From a virus, in IMG/VR virus record IMGVR_UViG_3300027659_000009, positions 32,001-96,000 of that record: DNA of 64,000 bases. The stretch is one strand, 5' to 3'. The position numbers and the translations under genes were made by a program. Of this stretch, positions 59,514 through 64,000 are shown piece after piece. The stretch's first letter is position 1. Each line of letters begins with the position of its first letter. The notes beneath the pieces were generated by a model. It did not search any database and had not been told where the DNA came from. It saw only the letters and a list, made by a program, of their open reading frames with translations.

Positions 59514-60044
59514 ATGAAAGATATAATAAAAAAAATATTAAAAGAAGAGGTTGACCCTAAAAAAGATAAATTTGATAGATATATTATCAACACCCTTAAA
59601 AAGGAAGGTTTTAACCCATCAACAGACTACATTAAAGTTGTACAATTTTTAAAAAATAATTTTGCCTTAAGTGGTATGGATGCATTTGAGATGTTTCAAT
59701 TATACCTTAACAATTTCAAAAGTGATATTGAATATGGTGATTTAAATAGAACTGTCAATTATAGTAAAAAAATTAAATCCGCTAATAATAGTGCTAAAGA
59801 TTTAGTTTCTAGTAAAATACCGTTTAAAGGTAGTAATACACATGCGGAATACGTTGGTAACACATATGTAGTATATTCATATAATTGGTACCCTATATTT
59901 GTATTTAAGGATGGGCAATGGTTTGAGAATGAAAATAGATATTCAAGTTCAACCGCCAAACAAATGAGTCAACTGAGACCAAATGGGCAAGGTGAAATAC
60001 TTTACGCACCTAAGTCTAAATTAAGTGATATAATAAATAGTTAA
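59514..60044 (+). CDS. hypothetical protein with leader
   Basis: MKDIIKKILKEE; YVVYSY.WYP.F...W.EN...YS.ST.KQ. Confidence 0.65.
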   Translation: MKDIIKKILKEEVDPKKDKFDRYIINTLKKEGFNPSTDYIKVVQFLKNNFALSGMDAFEMFQLYLNNFKSDIEYGDLNRTVNYSKKIKSANNSAKDLVSSKIPFKGSNTHAEYVGNTYVVYSYNWYPIFVFKDGQWFENENRYSSSTAKQMSQLRPNGQGEILYAPKSKLSDIINS

Positions 60045-60045
60045 T

Positions 60046-60864
60046 ATGGAAAACTTAAATGAAGAAATAAGTCGTATTAAATCTATTATGGGTGTGATTA
60101 CTGAATCGGAAAAATTTGGTATGAGTGACACATTTAAGAAGTTAAAAAAGACCGTTAAGGTTTTAAAAGAAAAGAATAAAGTATTAATATTATCTTGTTC
60201 TAATAGATATCAGTTTGATTCTAAAAATTTAGATATACCTAAATCTAAATTGTTGGCAATGTACATACAAGAAGAATTAGGGGATAAGGCAACTTTTATT
60301 GATATTACGGAATTAAAAATTTTACCTTGTGAAGGTAATGTTTCCAGATCAGAAGGTAACTCTTGTGGACTATTAAAGGCATTACTTAAAGATAAAACAA
60401 AAAACCCATCAGGAAATCACAGATGTTGGGTTAATATTAACGAACCGTCTGATGAACTTTGGAAAATCAGTAAGGAATTGTTTGAGTCTGACGCAGTTGT
60501 ATTCTTTTCATCTGTTAGATGGGGACAAACAAATATGTATTACCAAAACCTAATCGAAAGATTAACTTGGATTCAAAATAGACATACTACCTTAGGTGAA
60601 TCAAATCTTATTAAAGACATTGAGTCTGGATATATATGTGTTGGACAGAATTGGAATGGTGCAAATGTAATTGAAACACAAAAGGGTGTTCACCATTATT
60701 ATGGTTTTAAAGTGAATGAAGACTTATATTGGAACTGGCAATATACACAAGATGCTGATGATGAAACACAAAAATCTTATAAGGCATCACATAACAAATT
60801 TTTAAAGGACACTAAGATACCTGAAGAATTTGTCGAAGAGAATGAAAGCCCAAAGAAAAAATAA
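60046..60864 (+). CDS. flavodoxin-fold NAD(P)H-dependent FMN reductase-like protein with leader
   Basis: SNR..KS, I.PCEGNVS, HRCW, SDAVVF.SSVRWG..YQ.LIERL. Confidence 0.65.
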   Translation: MENLNEEISRIKSIMGVITESEKFGMSDTFKKLKKTVKVLKEKNKVLILSCSNRYQFDSKNLDIPKSKLLAMYIQEELGDKATFIDITELKILPCEGNVSRSEGNSCGLLKALLKDKTKNPSGNHRCWVNINEPSDELWKISKELFESDAVVFFSSVRWGQTNMYYQNLIERLTWIQNRHTTLGESNLIKDIESGYICVGQNWNGANVIETQKGVHHYYGFKVNEDLYWNWQYTQDADDETQKSYKASHNKFLKDTKIPEEFVEENESPKKK

Positions 60865-60871
60865 TTACAAC

Positions 60872-60895
60872 AAACCCACTTAGTTGGGTTTTTTT
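60872..60895 (+). terminator. intrinsic terminator
   Basis: aaaccca-cttagt-tgggttt plus T tract; followed by a promoter at 60897-60928. Confidence 0.7.
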
Positions 60896-60932
60896 ATTTG
60901 ACATTGTTAAATATAATCAATATATTTGACAT

Positions 60933-61160
60933 ATGGAAAACAATGAGGTATACGAAGAATTAGAAAATTTTGAGAATGTTAGATACAGAATGAAAAATGA
61001 AGGTATCGATTACTGTTTTAAACATTACTCTAATTTTGAAGAGATTAAAGACGAAAAGTTTCATGAACTTAGGAATAAATTCTTAACATCAATAGATGGG
61101 ATCCAAAATTATGTGGATGGTAAAATAAACGAATTAAATGATAAGATAAATGAAATATAA
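60933..61160 (+). CDS. hypothetical protein
   Basis: EGIDYCF.HYS.F.EI.D..FH.LR. Confidence 0.65.
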   Translation: MENNEVYEELENFENVRYRMKNEGIDYCFKHYSNFEEIKDEKFHELRNKFLTSIDGIQNYVDGKINELNDKINEI

Positions 61161-61704
61161 AAAAAAACCTGTAGTAATTGACGCAGTCCAATGGACTGGT
61201 GAGAATCCTGAAGAAATGATTGATTTCCTAACATCTGATAAGTTTGTTAATGAAACTATGTCATTTTTAGATGGTAAACCTTTTTATATTGATCATAGTA
61301 GAGTTAATGGTGGGTTAGTCATTAAAACAATGGAAGGTGAACACGTTGCCACTATTGGGGATTACATTATAAAAGGTGTGAAAGGTGAGTATTACCCTTG
61401 TAAAGAAGATGTGTTTATCCAAACATATGAAAAGGTAATTGAGTCAGAAACACCAGAGTATCCTTTTGGTGATATATCATCAATACCGTGTGGTACGAAA
61501 CCTATTGAGGATCATTTGAGTATGTTACCTAACGAAGTGTCATATGGGACTATTTGTTCGTGTAACCCATTAAATGGTGGTAGTGGTATATGTGGGTGTG
61601 TTATGGATGACAGAATGGTTCCTGACCCTAAAAAAACTGGTACAGGTAATAATAACAATTACGTTACCACATATTCTTGGGATACCTCAAAACCATATAA
61701 ATGA
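61150..61704 (+). CDS. PGDYG-like phage protein with Cys-rich C-terminus
   Basis: YKKKPVVI.A.QW..I.T.EG..GDYIIKGVKGE.YPCK.D.F..TY. Confidence 0.75.
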   Translation: MKYKKKPVVIDAVQWTGENPEEMIDFLTSDKFVNETMSFLDGKPFYIDHSRVNGGLVIKTMEGEHVATIGDYIIKGVKGEYYPCKEDVFIQTYEKVIESETPEYPFGDISSIPCGTKPIEDHLSMLPNEVSYGTICSCNPLNGGSGICGCVMDDRMVPDPKKTGTGNNNNYVTTYSWDTSKPYK

Positions 61705-61783
61705 GAAATACAATAAAGTGGGGTGATTTTGGTTCATCAGAGTTTATTATAAAAAGTTTTAAATATACCAAATTAAATAAATT

Positions 61784-62059
61784 ATGAATTTTTTACTCGG
61801 ATTAGCCCTATTAATTCTATTAATCCCTTTTAATAGATTTGCATTAAAGATGGTACCAAAGATGTCACCACTAGCAAGTCAAGCAATTTTATTCTTTATG
61901 TTATTTGGTAATTTGATTATTGCTTTAGGTTGGGGATATGGATTAAGAGAGGAAGTTACCAGCATGAATTCATTTATAATGGGGATTGGATTAGCGTGTG
62001 TCCTTAATATGGGGTATAAAATAATATATCTATTAGTGTTTAATGAAGATAATAAATAA
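61784..62059 (+). CDS. membrane protein
   Basis: three TM segments. Confidence 0.55.
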   Translation: MNFLLGLALLILLIPFNRFALKMVPKMSPLASQAILFFMLFGNLIIALGWGYGLREEVTSMNSFIMGIGLACVLNMGYKIIYLLVFNEDNK

Positions 62060-62079
62060 AATAACAAAAAACTAAAAAA

Positions 62080-62370
62080 ATGAAAGAAATCTTAAGTGGA
62101 ACATTACCAAATAAAAAAGATGTTCTTAGACCTACAAAAACACCAAAAGTTAAAATCAAAAAAAAACCTATAATAGAACCATTAGTAGATTCTACTGAAC
62201 CCACACTAGTAGAAACAATGAAGACAATAAGTCGAAACGGTTTTATCAAAGAGAAATCTTCATTCTCTGTTTTACATATAATATCATTTGTACTATTAAT
62301 TCCTGCGGCAATTGTAGCAATTCCTGGGTTTCTCATTCTACTCTTATCGGATTATTTGAAAGAAGATTAA
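62080..62370 (+). CDS. hypothetical protein, C-terminal TM
   Basis: 96-aa ORF. Confidence 0.5.
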   Translation: MKEILSGTLPNKKDVLRPTKTPKVKIKKKPIIEPLVDSTEPTLVETMKTISRNGFIKEKSSFSVLHIISFVLLIPAAIVAIPGFLILLLSDYLKED

Positions 62371-62630
62371 ATTTATTTAAACAAAAAAAAATGGTTAAAC
62401 ATAAAGAAATGAAAGTGACAACTCACATTATGAATGAGATTACAAAATATACTAAAAAGTTGATTGAAAAAAAAAGGGACAACCCTAAATTGGTTGTAAA
62501 GGACAAACATATTATTATTAATCCTTATGTAAATTCGAAATATTAGTTTATTAGTATGTTGAAACAAACAATCCGTATGAGAAACATACGGATTTTTATG
62601 TTTAATGGCATATTTATATATAAAATAAAT

Positions 62631-63350
62631 ATGAAACGTAATATAGAACAACAAATTGATAAAATTAAATACCTTTTCGAATATGAAATGGGTGTAACTA
62701 AAAGTGAACAGAAAACATTACTTAGAGAATTTGATATTTACGATGACAAATTTGACACATTGATTGACGAACTTAAATCTGATGGTGGTGATAATATTAT
62801 GGCTGAAATTGGAATATCAAATGATAGTTTGAGTAGTACTGAGAATTTAACAAAAGAATTATCTGGTAAAAATATGTTGGAAGTTTGTGATATTAATGGA
62901 TATATTGAAAATAAAATTGGATCATCAATTAAAAACAAATTTTCCGGAAAGGTTGGTGAGGTTATTAACTTAATTAAAGAGTATATAGATAAATTTATGG
63001 TGTTTTTGAGTACATTAACTATTGAGGAACTAAAACAATTATTTAAAAATATAAAATCTAAAAAATCTGAGGCAGATGAACTAATGTTGTCAAATGGTAC
63101 CTCATCTGAAGTAGTTAGTGAAGGAATGATTAATGAATTTTTTGGTACTAGCATGACAGTTATCACTCTTTTTGGAGGATTTGCTATGCCGGCATTGGTA
63201 TTATCAATATTTACTATTGGTTTAGTAACATTAATTGGTTTATACTTACTTAAAATGATATTTTGTAAATTTAATATAGTTCTTCCATATCGCGGTAGAG
63301 CCTCATGTGGAAAAATGAGTTGGGGTAAAATGATAATTTCGTGTAATTGA
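62631..63350 (+). CDS. protein with leader and C-terminal TM (likely start 62631)
   Basis: MKRNIEQQIDKIKYLFEYE..LLRE; ATATTTAT at 62610. Confidence 0.6.
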   Translation: MKRNIEQQIDKIKYLFEYEMGVTKSEQKTLLREFDIYDDKFDTLIDELKSDGGDNIMAEIGISNDSLSSTENLTKELSGKNMLEVCDINGYIENKIGSSIKNKFSGKVGEVINLIKEYIDKFMVFLSTLTIEELKQLFKNIKSKKSEADELMLSNGTSSEVVSEGMINEFFGTSMTVITLFGGFAMPALVLSIFTIGLVTLIGLYLLKMIFCKFNIVLPYRGRASCGKMSWGKMIISCN

Positions 63351-63507
63351 AAATAATAATTATTGAGGAATTAATATATGAATCCCCACCTCATTCGTGA
63401 GTTGGATATATGGTTACTTAAATATTTATTATGTGCATTTAATATAAACATCGCCAGAACAAAGGGAGTTGGAGTTAGAAGTTTATTTTAGGGACAATGT
63501 AAATAAT

Positions 63508-63891
63508 ATGAATAGAATACTAATAAAAAATATAGTTAAAAAAATACTTAAAGAAGATGTAGAGAATAATCTTTATAAAAAGATTGCTACCATAGTAAAA
63601 CCACCATACGTCACAGATATGTATAAAATGGGTTTAACTAATAGTGAGATTAAAAAAGTACTCGAAGTTATATTTGGTATGGAGTTAAAAATCTTTGGAA
63701 TTGACAATGGTGGCGATGTGTTTGTTCACCATAACAAACCCGGTGGACCATGGATTTATTACGAAATGTTTGATGGTAGCGGTTGGGAAATTGTGGAAAG
63801 AAACAAACAAGGTATGATAATTAGAAAATACGGTTTCGATGGTGATGATTATTATGATCAAAAATTAAAACCAACCAAATATTCCACATAG
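63508..63891 (+). CDS. stand-alone PPY-module protein with leader
   Basis: IVKKILKED then KI...VKPPY...MG...VL..IFG, homologous to the modules of 49402. Confidence 0.65.
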   Translation: MNRILIKNIVKKILKEDVENNLYKKIATIVKPPYVTDMYKMGLTNSEIKKVLEVIFGMELKIFGIDNGGDVFVHHNKPGGPWIYYEMFDGSGWEIVERNKQGMIIRKYGFDGDDYYDQKLKPTKYST

Positions 63892-63910
63892 ATTAAAGTA
63901 ATGTAAGATT

Positions 63911-64000
63911 ATGAATGGGAAAAAAATAATTAAATTAACTGAATCTGATTTACTTAGAATAGTAAAGAGGGTTATTAATGAAAGTCAATTACTTGTTGAA
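63911..64000 (+). CDS. partial CDS with leader, runs off the window
   Basis: MNGKKIIKLTESDLLRIVKRVINESQLLVE. Confidence 0.6.
   Translation, partial: MNGKKIIKLTESDLLRIVKRVINESQLLVE

Noticed and set aside
1161-63166. Many short ORFs nested in or antisense to long genes (e.g. 12756, 13356, 9078, 55363, 62738)
   Set aside because: Shadow ORFs of well-supported genes, with no motifs of their own.
1-64000. CRISPR array, transposase or reverse-transcriptase (DGR/retron) system
   Set aside because: No regularly spaced repeats and no cas, transposase or RT motifs seen; the 8081/8912 repeat is an in-frame domain duplication.
1-64000. Stop-codon reassignment
   Set aside because: Recognisable genes are full length in the standard code; TAA, TAG and TGA all end genes; no suppressor tRNA seen.

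Overview
AT-rich, densely coded, mostly plus-strand segment of a large (jumbo-type) tailed phage, most likely infecting a Bacteroidota (Flavobacteria-like) host. Host evidence: about 10 promoters matching TTTG-N19/20-TAnnTTTG, A-rich start regions without a Shine-Dalgarno sequence, a Bacteroidota-type Hc1 protein, a phage bS21 and a T9SS-type cargo. No capsid, terminase or polymerase genes were recognised here. The window holds: peptidoglycan-active enzymes (including a 1006-aa protein with four catalytic domains); a DUF2828/TROVE(Ro60)-like vWA protein followed directly by two related structured ncRNAs; a nuclease plus two DNA methyltransferases; a tmRNA with an unusually long tag; three tRNAs; a cluster of aberrant tRNA-like RNAs next to a CCA enzyme/RNA ligase/phosphoesterase/kinase module; stress and redox genes; and about 20 proteins sharing an N-terminal leader ending in (L/I)-x-E, often preceded by an ATATTTAT motif. 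The leader suggests a capsid-targeting and protease-maturation system for many packaged proteins. Top candidates for an undescribed system: (1) Ro-like protein plus paired ncRNAs (12745-14710), (2) tRNA-mimic cluster plus RNA repair (30355-34732), (3) leader/polyprotein cargo system. All family calls come from motif recognition by eye; no searches were run.
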